From Eledone cirrhosa (lineage: Eukaryota), in contig OZ024744.1 in NCBI GenBank assembly GCA_964016885.1, positions 31,868,001-31,932,000 on the forward strand: DNA of 64,000 nucleotides. Reading direction: 5' to 3'. Positions 1 through 13,842 of this stretch are shown here, in pieces. The number at the start of each line of letters is the position of its first letter. The stretch's first letter is position 1. Below the pieces are notes generated by a model. That model did no database searches. It was given only the letters and a program-made list of their open reading frames with translations, and was not told the origin of the DNA. A program made the position numbers and the translations under genes.

Positions 1-3000
1 GAGGTATGTAGTGTAGTGTGAGATATGTAGTGAAGTGTGAGGTGTGTAGTGTTGTGTGAGGTGTGTAGTGTAGTGTGAGGTGTGTAGTGTTGTGTGAGGT
101 GTGTAGTGTAGTGTTAGGTGTGTAGTATAGTGTGAGGTGTGTAGTGTAAGGTGTGTAGTTTAGTGTGAGGTAAGTAGTGTAGTGTGAGGTGTGAAGTGTA
201 GTGTGAGGTGCGTAGTGTAGTGTGAGGTGTGTAGTGTAAGGTGTGTAGTTTAGTGTGAGGTGTGTAGTGTAGTGTGAGGTGTGTAGTGTAGTGTGAGATA
301 TGTAGTGTAGTGTGAGGTGTGTAGTGTAGTGTGAGGTGTGTAGTGTGAGGTGTGTAGTTTAGTGTGAGGTATGTAGTTTAGTGTGAGATATGTAGTGTAG
401 TGTGAGGTGTGTAGTGTAGTGTGAGGTGTGTAGTGTAGGGTGAGGTGTGTAGTGTGAGGTGTGTAGTGTAGTGTGAGGTGTGTAGTGTAATGTGAGGTGT
501 GTAGTGTTAGTGTAAGGTGTGTAGTGTAGTGTGAGGTGTGTAGTGTAGTGTGAGGTGTGTAGTGTGAGGTGTGTAGTGAAGTGTGAGGTGTGTAGTGTAA
601 TGTGAGGTGTGTAGTGTAGTGTGAGGTGTGTAGTGTAGGGTGAGGTGTGTAGTGTGAGGTGTGTAGTGTGCGTGTGAGGTATGTAGTGTAGTGTGAGGTG
701 TGTAATGTAGTGTGAGGTATGTAGTGTAAGGTGTGTAGTGTAGTGTGAGGTGTGTAATGTAGTGTGAGGTGTGTAGTGTAGAGTGAGGTATGTAGTGTGA
801 AGTGTGTAGTGTAGTGTTTGGTGTGTAGTGTAGTGTGAGGTGTGTAGTGTAGTGTGAGGTGTGTAGTGTAGTGTGAGGTATGTAGTGTAAGGTGTGTAGT
901 GTAGTGTGAGGTGTGTAGTGTAGTGTGAGATGTGTAGTGTAGTGTGAGGTGTGTAGTGCAGTGTGAGGTATGTAGTGTAGTGTGAGGTGTGTAGTGTAAT
1001 GTTTGGTGTGTAGTATAGTATGAGGTGTGTAGTGTAGTGTGAGGTATGTAGTGTAGTGTGAGGTATGTAGTGTTGTGTGAGGTGTGTAGTGTAGTGTGAG
1101 GTGTGTAGTGTAGTCTGAGGTGTGTAGTGTAGTGTGAGGTGTGTAGTGTGAAGTGTGTAGTGTAGTGTGAGGTGTGTAGTGTAGGGTGAGGTGTGTAGTG
1201 TAGTGTGAGGTGTGTAGTGTAATGTGAGGTGGGTAGTGTAGTGTGAGGAGTGTAGTGTAGTGTGAGGTGTGTAGTGTAATGTTTGGTGTTTAGTTTAGTG
1301 TGAGGTGTGTAGTGTAGTGTGAGGTGTGTAGTGTAGTGTGAGGTGTTTAGTTTAGTGTGAGGTGTGTAGTGTAGTGTGAGGTATGTAGTGTAGTGTGAGG
1401 TGTTTAGTTTAGTGTGAGGTGTGTAGTGTAGTGTGAGGTGTGTAGTGTAGTGTGACGTGTGTAGTGTTGTGTGACGTGTGTAGTGTAGTGTGAGGTGTGT
1501 AGTGTAGTGTGAGGTATGTAGTGTAGTGTGAGGTGTGTAGTGTGAGGTATGTAGTGTAGTGTGAGGTGTGTAGTGTTGTGTGACGTGTGTAGTGTAGTGT
1601 GAGGTGTGTAGTGTAGTGTGAGGTGTGTAGTGTAGTGTGAGGTGTGTAGTGTAGTGTGCGGTGTGTAGTGTTGTGTGAGGTGTGTAGTGTAATGTGAGGT
1701 GTGTAGTGTAGTGTGAGGTGTGTAGTGTAGAGTGAGGTGTGTAGTGTAATGTTTGGTGTGTAGTATAGTGTGAGGTGTGCAGTATAGTGTGAGGTGTGTA
1801 TTGTAGTGTGAGGTGTGTAGTGTAGTGTGAGGTGGGTAGTGTAGTGTGAGGTGTGTAGTGTAGAGTGAGGTGTGTAGTGTGAGGTGTGTAGTGTAGTGTG
1901 ACGTGTGTAGTGTAGTGTGAGGTGTGTAGTGTAGTGTGAGGTGTGTAGTGTAGTGTGAGGTGTGTAGTGTAGTGTGCGGTGTGTAGTGTTGTGTGAGGTG
2001 TGTAGTGTAATGTGAGGTGTGTAGTGTAGTGTGAGGTGTGTAGTGTAGAGTGAGGTGTGTAGTGTAATGTTTGGTGTGTAGTATAGTGTGAGGTGTGCAG
2101 TATAGTGTGAGGTGTGTATTGTAGTGTGAGGTGTGTAGTGTAGTGTGAGGTGGGTAGTGTAGTGTGAGGTGTGTAGTGTAGAGTGAGGTGTGTAGTGTGA
2201 GGTGTGTAGTGTAGTGTGACGTGTGTAGTGTAGTGTGAGGTGTGTAGTGTAGTGTGAGGTGTGTAGTGTAGTGTGAGGTGTGTAGTGTAGTGTGAGGTGT
2301 GTAGTGTAGTGTGCGGTGTGTAGTGTGAGGTATGTAGTGTAGTGTGAGGTGTGTAGTGTAGTGTTAGATGTGTAGTGTAGTGTGCGGTGTGTAGTGTAGT
2401 GTAGTGTGAGGTATGTTGTGTAGTGTGAGGTGTGTAGTGTAATGTTTGGTGTGTAGTGTAGTGTGAGGTGTGTAGTGTAGTGTGAGGTGTGTAGTGTAGT
2501 GTGAGGTGTGTAGTGTAGTGTGAGGTGTGTAGTGTAGTGTGAGGTGTGTAGTGTAGTGTGAGGTATGTAGTGTAGTGTGAGGTGTGTAGTGTAGTGTGAG
2601 GTGTGTAGTGTAGTGTGAGGTGTGTAGTGTAGTGTGAGGTATGTAGTGTAGTGTGAGGTGTGTAGTGTAGTGTGAGGTGTGTAGTGTAGTGGGAGGTGTG
2701 TAGTGTAGTGTGAGGTGTGTAGTGTAGTGTGAGGTGTGTAGTGTAGTGTGAGGTGTGTAGTGTAGTCTGAGATGTGTAGTGTAGTGTGAGGTGTGTAGTG
2801 TAGTGTGAGGTGTGTAGTGTGAGGTGTGTAGTTTAGTGTGAGGTATGTAGTGTAGTGTGAGATATGTAGTGTAGTGTGAGGTGTGTAGTGTAGGGTGAGG
2901 TGTGTAGTGTAGTGTGAGGTGTGTAGTGTAATGTGAGGTGTGTAGTGTTAGTGTAAGGTGTGTAGTGTAGTGTGAGGTGTGTAGTGTAGTGTGAGGTGTG

Positions 3001-4684
3001 TAGTGTGAGGTGTGTAGTGAAGTGTGAGGTGTGTAGTGTAATGTGAGGTGTGTAGTGTAGTGTGAGGTGTGTAGTGTAATGTTTGGTGTGTAGTGTAGTG
3101 TGAGGTGTGTAGTGTAGTGTGAGATATGTAGTGTAGTGTGAGGTGTGTAATGTAGTGTGAGGTGTGTAGTGTAGAGTGAGGTATGTAGTGTGAAGTGTGT
3201 AGTGTAGTGTAGTGTGAGGTGTGTAGTGTAGTGTGAGGTGTGTAGTGTAGTGTGAGGTATGTAGTGTAAGGTGTGTAGTGTAGTGTGAGGTGTGTAGTGT
3301 AGTGTGAGATGTGTAGTGTAGTGTGAGGTGTGTAGTGCAGTGTGAGGTATGTAGTGTAGTGTGAGGTGTGTAGTGTAATGTTTGGTGTGTAGTATAGTAT
3401 GAGGTGTGTAGTGTAGTGTGAGGTATGTAGTGTTGTGTGAGGTGTGTAGTGTAGTGTGAGGTGTGTAGTGTAGTCTGAGGTGTGTAGTGTAGTGTGAGGT
3501 GTGTAGTGTGAAGTGTGTAGTGTAGTGTGAGGTGTGTAGTGTAGGGTGAGGTGTGTAGTGTAGTGTGAGGTGTGTAGTGTAATGTGAGGTGGGTAGTGTA
3601 GTGTGAGGAGTGTAGTGTAGTGTAGTGTGAGGTGTTTAGTTTAGTGTGAGGTGTGTAGTGTAGTGTGAGGTATGTAGTGTAGTGTGACGTGTGTAGTGTA
3701 GTGTGCGGTGTGTAGTGTAGAGTGAGGTGTGTAGTGTGAGGTGTGTAGTGTAGTGTGACGTGTGTAGTGTTGTGTGACGTGTGTAGTGTAGTGTGAGGTG
3801 TGTAGTGTAGTGTGAGGTGTGTAGTGTAGTGTGAGGTGTGTAGTGTAGTGTGAGGTGTGTAGTGTAGTGTGAGGTGTGTAGTGTAATGTTTGGTGTGTAG
3901 TATAGTGTGAGGTTTGCAGTATAGTGTGAGGTGTGTATTGTAGTGTGAGGTGTGTAGTGTAGTGTGAGGTGTGTAGTGTAGAGTGAGGTGTGTAGTGTGA
4001 GGTGTGTAGTGTAGTGTGACGTGTGTAGTGTAGTGTGAGGTGTGTAGTGTAGTGTGAGGTGTGTAGTGTAGTGTGAGGTGTGTAGTGTAGTGTGAGGTGT
4101 GTAGTGTAGTCTGAGATGTGTAGTGTAGTGTGAGGTGTGTAGTGTAGTGTGAGGTGTGTAGTGTGAGGTGTGTAGTTTAGTGTGAGGTGTGTAGTGTAGT
4201 GTGAGGTGTGTAGTGTAGTGTGCGGTGTGTAGTGTGAGGTATGTAGTGTAGTGTGAGGTGTGTAGTGTAGTGTTAGATGTGTAGTGTAGTGTGCGGTGTG
4301 TAGTGTAATGTTTGGTGTGTAGTGTAGTGTGAGGTATGTAGTGTAGTGTGAGGTATGTTGTGTAGTGTGAGGTGTGTAGTGTAATGTTTGGTGTGTAGTG
4401 TAGTGTGAGGTGTGTAGTGTAGTGTGAGGTGTGTAGTGTAGTGTGAGGTGTGTAGTGTAGTGTGAGGTATGTAGTGTAGTGTGAGGTGTGTAGTGTAGTG
4501 TGAGGTGTGTAGTGTAGTGTGAGGTGTGTAGTGTAGTGTGAGGTATGTAGTGTAGTGTGAGGTGTGTAGTGTAGTGTGAGGTGTGTAGTGTAGTGGGAGG
4601 TGTGTAGTGTAGTGTGAGGTGTGTAGTGTAGTGTGAGGTGTGTAGTGTAGTGTGAGGTGTGTAGTGTAGTCTGAGATGTGTAGT
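1..4684. repeat. 19-bp tandem satellite (GTGTGAGGTGTGTAGTGTA)n, runs off window start
   Basis: Unit read directly; minus-strand ORF repeats every 19 aa (3 x 19 nt); + strand nearly C-free. Confidence 0.95.
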
Positions 4685-4889
4685 GGGAAAATATAGATAT
4701 ATATAGAGAGGGGAGATAGAGAGAGAGAGGGGAGATATATAGATAGAAAGAGAGAGAGAGAGGGAGTAGTGAGAGGTAGATAAATAGATAGATAGATAGA
4801 GAGAGAGAGAGATATATGGTGTAGGTGATTGTGGAAGTAATTAGAAAGATACAAGGAAGAGGAAAATGTAACAATGACATGGAGGATGA

Positions 4890-5565
4890 TATGATGTTGC
4901 TGTTGTTGGTGTTGGTGTTGTTGTCATTGCTGGTGTTGTTGTTGTTGTTGCTGTTGCAGCCGCTGTTGTTGCTGTTGTTGTTATTGCTGTTGTTGTTGTT
5001 GTCGTTGCTGTTTTTGTTGCTGTTGTTGTTGTTTTTGTTGTTATTGTTGCTGTTGTTGTTACTGTTGTTGTTGTTGTTGCTGTTGTTGTTGTTTTGTTGT
5101 TATTGTTGCTGTTACTGTTGTTGTTGTTACTGTTGTTGCTGTTGTTGTTATTGTTGTTGTTACTGTTGTTGTTACTGTTGTTGTTGCTGTTGTTGTTACT
5201 GTTGTTGCTGTTGTTGTTATTGTTGCTGTTGTTGTTGTTACTGTTGTTGTTGCTGTTGTTGTTACTGTTGTTGCTGTTGTTGTTACTGTTGTTGTTGTTG
5301 TTGTTGTTTTTGTTGTTATTGGTGTTGTTGTTGTTGTTACTGTTGTTGTTGTTGTTGTTGTTACTGTTGTTGTTGTTACTGTTGTTGCTGTTGTTGTTAC
5401 TGTTGTTGCTGTTGTTGTTGCTGTTGTTGTTGTTTTTGTTGTTATTGTTGCTGTTGTTGTTGTTACTGTTGTTGCTGTTGTTGTTACTGTTGTTGCTGTT
5501 GTTGTTGTTGTTGCTTTTGTGGCTCTTGTTGTTGTTTTTCTGTTGTTGTCTTCTTTTGTTGTTGA
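4890..5565. repeat. Imperfect (TGT/TGC)n trinucleotide microsatellite
   Basis: Directly visible; source of spurious poly-L/poly-C ORFs. Confidence 0.93.
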
Positions 5566-5796
5566 TGTGGTTTTCTTTTTGTCGTTATTGTCATTGGTTA
5601 TTTAGCCCTAGGCCAGTTTTGATCTAAGAAATCTATGATAAAAGATATAGCAGCCAGTCGTGACCACCACGTGTATGTTTAAGGAATCATTAAGGTCTAC
5701 CTTATTTATTGTCTCATTTCCTCTGTTGATGAGGGGGTATTTAGCTGCTATTTCTAGCAGGTCCAGAGACTATGTAGAAGTTCTCTTATTAGCTCG

Positions 5797-7540
<1,744 letters not shown>

Positions 7541-8029
7541 GTAGGGGAGTGCTGTATGAGTGTGAATATGTGTGTATGTGTTATTGTCTATGACTATTTA
7601 CGTGTCTATATATATATATTTATATATACTACTATATATATATATATGAGTGTGATTAAGTGTGTGTGTAAGTGCGTGATATTTTGTAAGACTGTGTGGC
7701 TGTATATGTATATATTTATATAGACAGAGAGGAAGGGAGAGAGATTTATATATACAAATACATATATGTATATATATGTATATATATGTATATATATATA
7801 TATATATACATATGTATGAGAATGTCTATGAGTGTATATAGATATGTATGTATATATATATAAATATGTGCTTGTGTGTGAATGTGAGAGTGTGTAAGTG
7901 GGTAGTGTCTATAGATATGTATGTATATATATATATGTGTGCTTGTGTGTGTATGTGAGTGTGTGAGAATGTGAGAGAGTGTGTAAGTGGGTAGGTGTAT
8001 GGGTTAAAGTAGAAGATGTGGGGGAGAAG

Positions 8030-8265
8030 ACGACGTCATGCCAACAGACCAACCAGAGCTGTTCGTTTGCCACATGCCAACGCAGGTCGCCACAAGTCGC
8101 GGTCATACACGATTGGCAAAGCGCGTCAGAATATAAGCGTGGGAAAGTGGCAGCGCATTGCTTCACACAGGCAACGAGCTCGTGCACTTTGCCTATAAAT
8201 TGGACCTCCTCACAACCAATTGGGTCACTCCGCGACAAAAGACACTGGAGTAAGGAGACACGCGT
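8030..8265 (+). promoter_or_regulatory. Hes proximal promoter: reverse CCAAT (ATTGG 8112-8116), CSL paired site (8138-8169), N-boxes (8091, 8179), TATAAAT (8194-8200), Inr-like TCACT (~8225), class-C CACGCG (8259)
   Basis: Short CpG-containing island in AT-rich surroundings; motifs read directly; TATA ~33 nt upstream of the Inr-like A at 8227. Confidence 0.8.
8138..8169. promoter_or_regulatory. Su(H)/CSL paired site (SPS): CGTGGGAA-N16-TTCACACA
   Basis: Head-to-head CSL sites with a 16-bp spacer, the layout known from vertebrate Hes1 and similar to fly E(spl) promoters, 25 bp upstream of TATA. Confidence 0.85.
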
Positions 8266-8520
8266 TAGCTCTCTCTCACATACTCACTCAAAACTAATAC
8301 AACACAAACAACATACTTATATATACATACGACATTTATTATCTTTATTTTTTAAAAACTTCTCTCACTTTTCATTCCGATAGAGAGAATCCATCAAACA
8401 TTTTTATACATTATATCAACATTTTGCTTGTTTATATTCCGTTAAAAGAGATATAAACATTTAAAAAAAAAAAGACATTTCTACATTTTTGTGGTTATTT
8501 ACTACAAAATATCATCAAAG

Positions 8521-8577
8521 ATGTTGGACAACATTACTACAACTGCCACCCCGGGGAAGACACCGACACATCGAAAA
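8521..8577 (+). CDS. Hes: Hairy/E(spl) (Hes) bHLH-Orange repressor, coding exon 1 (MLDNITTTATPGKTPTHRK)
   Basis: ATG followed by GTAAGT donor at 8578; phase-0 intron after ...HRK, the conserved Hes intron position in the basic region. Confidence 0.85.
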
Positions 8578-8644
8578 GTAAGTATATATATTCATATATT
8601 TATTTATATAAATAATTTCACTTATATTATTTTATATATATCAC

Positions 8645-9770
8645 CTAACTTGTCGTTTTTACAAGTTATTTGCATGTCAATCAATAATTCTTAGTTCCAT
8701 ACTTCAATGTATATATTTATATATCAATCTAACTTGTCTTTTTTGTCAGATAGTTATTTGCATGTCAATCAATAATTCTTAGTTACATACTTCAATGTAT
8801 ATATTTATATATCAATCTAACTTGTCTTTTTTGTCAGATAGTTATTTGCATGTCAGTCAATAATTCTTAGTTCCATACTTCAATGTATATATTTATATAT
8901 CAATCTAACTTGTCTTTTTTGTCAGATAGTTATTTGCATGTCAATCAATAATTCTTAGTTCCATACTTCAATGTATATATTTATATATCAATCTAACTTG
9001 TCTTTTTTGTCAGATAGTTATTTGCATGTCAATCAATAATTCTTAGTTCCATACTTCAATGTATATATTTATATATCAATCTAACTTGTCTTTTTTGTCA
9101 GATAGTTATTTGCATGTCAATCAATAATTCTTAGTTCCATACTTCAATGTATATATTTATATATCAATCTAACTTGTCTTTTTTGTCAGATAGTTATTTG
9201 CATGTCAATCAATAATTCTTAGTTCCATACTTCAATGTATATATTTATATATCAATCTAACTTGTCTTTTTTGTCAGATAGTTATTTGCATGTCAGTCAA
9301 TAATTCTTAGTTCCATACTTCAATGTATATATTTATATATCAATCTAACTTGTCTTTTTTGTCAGATAGTTATTTGCATGTCAATCAATAATTCTTAGTT
9401 CCATACTTCAATGTATATATTTATATATCAATCTAACTTGTCTTTTTTGTCAGATAGTTATTTGCATGTCAATCAATAATTCTTAGTTCCATACTTCAAT
9501 GTATATATTTATATATCAATCTAACTTGTCTTTTTTGTCAGATAGTTATTTGCATGTCAATCAATAATTCTTAGTTCCATACTTCAATGTATATATTTAT
9601 ATATCAATCTAACTTGTCTTTTTTGTCAGATAGTTATTTGCATGTCAATCAATAATTCTTAGTTCCATACTTCAATGTATATATTTATATATCAATCTAA
9701 CTTGTCTTTTTTGTCAGATAGTTATTTGCATGTCAATCAATAATTCTTAGTTACATACTTCAATGTATAT
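8645..9770. repeat. 88-bp tandem repeat, ~13 near-identical copies, in Hes intron 1
   Basis: ACTTCAATGT recurs at 8701, 8789, 8877 ... 9757 (period 88). Confidence 0.95.
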
Positions 9771-10042
9771 AAATATATTGTGTGTATATACAATGTATAT
9801 ATGACATGCATATATGTAAACATGTAACAATAAAAGTCTTTTGTTTGCAGTATGACAAACAATTGCTATGGTAACATATGAACAAAAAACAGTTTCCACT
9901 GATATGTTTTTATTTAAACTGTTGTTGATGAAATAAATTTACTAGCAGCACTTTTAACTTGATGTTCACTTAACATGTTATGTGACTGGTATGTCACCGA
10001 AGCTAACAACAGTGAAATAGGCATGTCTATCTAAGTGGCAGA

Positions 10043-10092
<50 letters not shown>

Positions 10093-10299
10093 ATACACGC
10101 GCGGTACTCGCCACTTTGATATATTTTTCCAACAAGTCAATCAAAGATTGTCTTCATGTTAATATTATGAAAAGTTCTTAACTTTTAAAAGTCTAAACAC
10201 ACACCAAACATGAAGAATAAGCTGTCAATTTAACAGTGTTTACTCTTGTTTGGAGTGGACCCTTGTAATGTTTACTTTTGTTTTGGCGGTCTACAAAGT

Positions 10300-10500
10300 C
10301 TCGCGAGCCCGAAGCCTCGTTGATACCGTTGCTTATCTCAGTTTGCGTGGTTTGAAGCGACTGAGACTACAAGACTCCCCACCGGGACAGAATGCCAGCC
10401 CTGGTAGTCATTTTCAACTGAGTATACTGGAGCATCATGAAATAAGTGTTTTGCTCAAGACCACAACATACAACCCAGTCCTGGAAATGAGCCCATAACA
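10300..10500 (-). mobile_element. Degenerate tRNA-derived CORE-like SINE in Hes intron 1
   Basis: Similar to 24535-24795 (GAGTATACTGGAGCA..GAAAT..GTGTTTTGCTCAAGA). Confidence 0.6.
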
Positions 10501-10934
10501 TTGTTTATTCTCGTCATTTCTAAATTAACAAGACTGAAAGTTACCATGTTGACGATATCATAACAATAGTTATTATCAGGATAAACTTAACACACACCAC
10601 CGTAAGGCGCGCGCCTTCTCTGGTGACATCTGTATATAAACATTTCATCTACGTATTGTATATATGTATACACACACACTTACTGTCTTGTTTGCCGTTT
10701 AAGTGGATGGATGAAATAAGCTAGATGTGTATCTCTATCTATTATGGTTGACACCTGCTTACATCTTATAAACAGGTGTTTATAAATACCCCCCCACCCC
10801 CTCCTCCAAAAAAAAACAAAAACACCGTTTCATTGTTTTGAAAAAAAGTCGGTTGAGATGTTGATATATGTATATATGCATGTATGTATATTAGTTTGCT
10901 TTAGCTTATGTTTTCGTTTTTCTTTTTTTTTTAG

Positions 10935-11030
10935 ATTAATAAATTAATGATGGAAAAACGGCGAAGAACACGAATCAATAATTGTCTATCAGAACTGAAG
11001 ACTCTTGTCTTGAAAGCTCTTAAGAAAGAT
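10935..11030 (+). CDS. Hes: Hes coding exon 2 (INKLMMEKRRRTRINNCLSELKTLVLKALKKD; basic region + helix 1)
   Basis: Polypyrimidine+TAG acceptor at 10934, GTAAGT donor at 11031; 96-nt exon with EKRRR-RIN-L-ELK motif. Confidence 0.95.
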
Positions 11031-11424
11031 GTAAGTATCGTTATTATTATTGTTTATTTTTAAATCTTTCTTTTCTTTCTGGTGGCGGGGATATTGAAGT
11101 AATTATCTTTTGAAATGGTTTATTTATATAGGCATAAAACATATTTAAAAAGAAAAAAAGACTGATATATTTTCCTTACAACTTAGCATAGGTAGACCTC
11201 CATCTAGGTAAAAATAAAAACGAGGAGCATATATTTTACTTTGATAATATCGTATAGCTGTTGATAGAATAGAATTAACTCCGCAGCAACAATTAGAAAT
11301 TAATGAGAGAAAAGACAGGATATTGTGACTTATAATTAGTTACTTTGATCCTCAGCCTGCTGTTTGGTTCGTTATAAGGAGGCTAAACAGCAACCACCTT
11401 AATCACTCTTAAAGGGATAGATGG

Positions 11425-11473
11425 TGTGGGAACACGTGAGAAATTGAGATTCATTCATTATAACTTTCCCACG
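11425..11473. promoter_or_regulatory. Intronic cluster of three CSL sites (TGTGGGAA 11425, CGTGAGAA 11435, TTCCCACG 11466) with overlapping CACGTG
   Basis: Three YGTGRGAA matches in 49 bp. Confidence 0.65.
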
Positions 11474-12102
11474 GCCACCAAACAAGCACTATCTATTATA
11501 CCTCCAAAAGCCAGCCAGCAGCCAGCCCAAGTTTAAATTTGACAGTAACTTATCAAAATCTAGACGTTTGATAAAGGATCTTCTTATACACCCGAGGTAC
11601 TTAAGCAAATCAACTTTGACAGGAATGATAACTTAACTTCTTCACTTGCCACCCTGCCACCCCTCTTAACTCGGGTATCTATTATTTAGTGACACTTGCC
11701 TTGTTATTTTTAAGAGGGGACCAACATATTTCACTGTTGTGATTGTTGTCAACGGTTTTAGTTTTATTAGGGTTTTTTACTGGTTTCAATCATTAAACTG
11801 CGGCCATGCTAGGGCAACGCATTCCTTAATATATAACCTTTTGACTTAGAAATCAAATAGTGGTTGTCGTTTTTTTTTTTTTTTTTGTTCGATATTTTAT
11901 TTATATTTTTATGAATGAAGCTCAGTATTTTCTTCCCACATGCATGTGTGTATATGAATGTTTGAGTGAGCGTGTGGATATACATGCATGATTATATGTA
12001 TATATAAAATGTTTGTTTGTGTGGATATACATGCATGTGCGTATATGTAGGAAGATGATTATTTATATATATGTATAAAATGTTTGTGGATATACGTGCT
12101 TG

Positions 12103-12135
<33 letters not shown>

Positions 12136-12369
12136 TAGAGATACTGTATATTGTGTGCGTGTGTGTATATAAACATTGGACATAGATGTAGATATGCGTA
12201 TGTAATGTTTGTGTGTGTGTGTTCAATAAGACCGACTAATTTGCTTAAGTCAAAAACTCTTAGCGACTCCTCAAATTCCACCACCTACAGCTTTCACTCG
12301 ACAACATTTCATTATAAGAAAATATATATATATATATACGAAATAGCAACACATACACAGTACATATAC

Positions 12370-13190
12370 ATATAGAGATCCTCATACACTCACATACATA
12401 TAGACCATCACATACATACATATAGAGACCATCACATACATACATATAGAGACCATCACATACATATAGACTATCACATACTCACATACATATAGAGACT
12501 ATCACATACTCACATACATATAGAGACTATCACATACATATAGAGACCATCACATACTCACATACATATAGAGACTATTACATACTCACATACATATAGA
12601 GACTATCACATACTCACATACATATAGAGACTATCACATACATATAGAGACTATCACATACTCACATACATATAGAGACTATCACATACTCACATACATA
12701 TAGAGACTATCACATACTCACATACATATAGAGACTATCACATACTCACATACATATAGAGACTATCACATACTCACATACATATAGAGACTATCACATA
12801 CTCACATACATATAGAGACTATCACATACATACATATAGAGACTATCACATACATACATATAGAGACTATCACATACTCACATACATATAGAGACTATCA
12901 CATACTGACATACATATAGAGACTATCACATACTCACATACATATAGAGACTATCACATACTCACATACATATAGAGACTATCACATACATACATATAGA
13001 GACTATCACATACATACATATAGAGACTATCACATACTCACATACATATAGAGACTATCACATACATACATATAGAGGCTATCACATACTGACATACATA
13101 TAGAGACTATCACATACTCACATACATATAGAGACTATCACATACTCACATACATATAGAGACTATCACAAATATAGAGTCTATCACACT
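12370..13190. repeat. 28-bp minisatellite (CATATAGAGACTATCACATACTCACATA)n in Hes intron 2
   Basis: Directly visible, with shorter variant units. Confidence 0.93.
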
Positions 13191-13806
13191 CACATACATC
13201 TGAGAAGAAAAAAAAATACATAAGTGTGTGAAAGGAAACTTATACATAGTGATAGGCATTCCTATACATACTTATACATACATTATACGTAACATATACG
13301 CACGCCAACGAGAATCAGTCAGAATTTTCCCACACTTAAAAAAAGTACACAACAGTAGCGAAGGAGGGTGGGGGAAGTAAGTGGTGGTGTGTAGGATGTG
13401 GAGAGGGGGAAGAGGGAGGGAGGGTTGAGTACATAGAAAGAGGAAAAGAAAGGAAAATATCACACACACATACATACATAAACATAAAAACGTATCAGGT
13501 CCTAGAAGAAATATATATACACACAGACAGACTTCTCTCTCCTCCTTCCTCCTCCAACGGTTTTTGTTTGTTGTGTTTTTTCTTCTTCTCCTCCTCCGCC
13601 TTCTCCCCCTAATCTGATACGGCATGACTCCTCAATTGCTGCTATCAACCGTGCCCTCAAGGGGTCAGCCTGATTTCTCAGCTTCGTGAGAAAGTGGCCG
13701 TAGAAAAGTAGACGACGGTGCGGAGGTGGGGAAGAATGGTGGAGGGGAATAAGAGAGAAAGGAAGACTAATATACATGTATACACACGCACACACACACA
13801 CACACA

Positions 13807-13842
<36 letters not shown>

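Noticed and set aside
11435-11473. Second SPS in intron 2
   Set aside because: Head-to-head sites are 23 bp apart, outside the 15-17 bp dimer spacing; kept only as a CSL cluster
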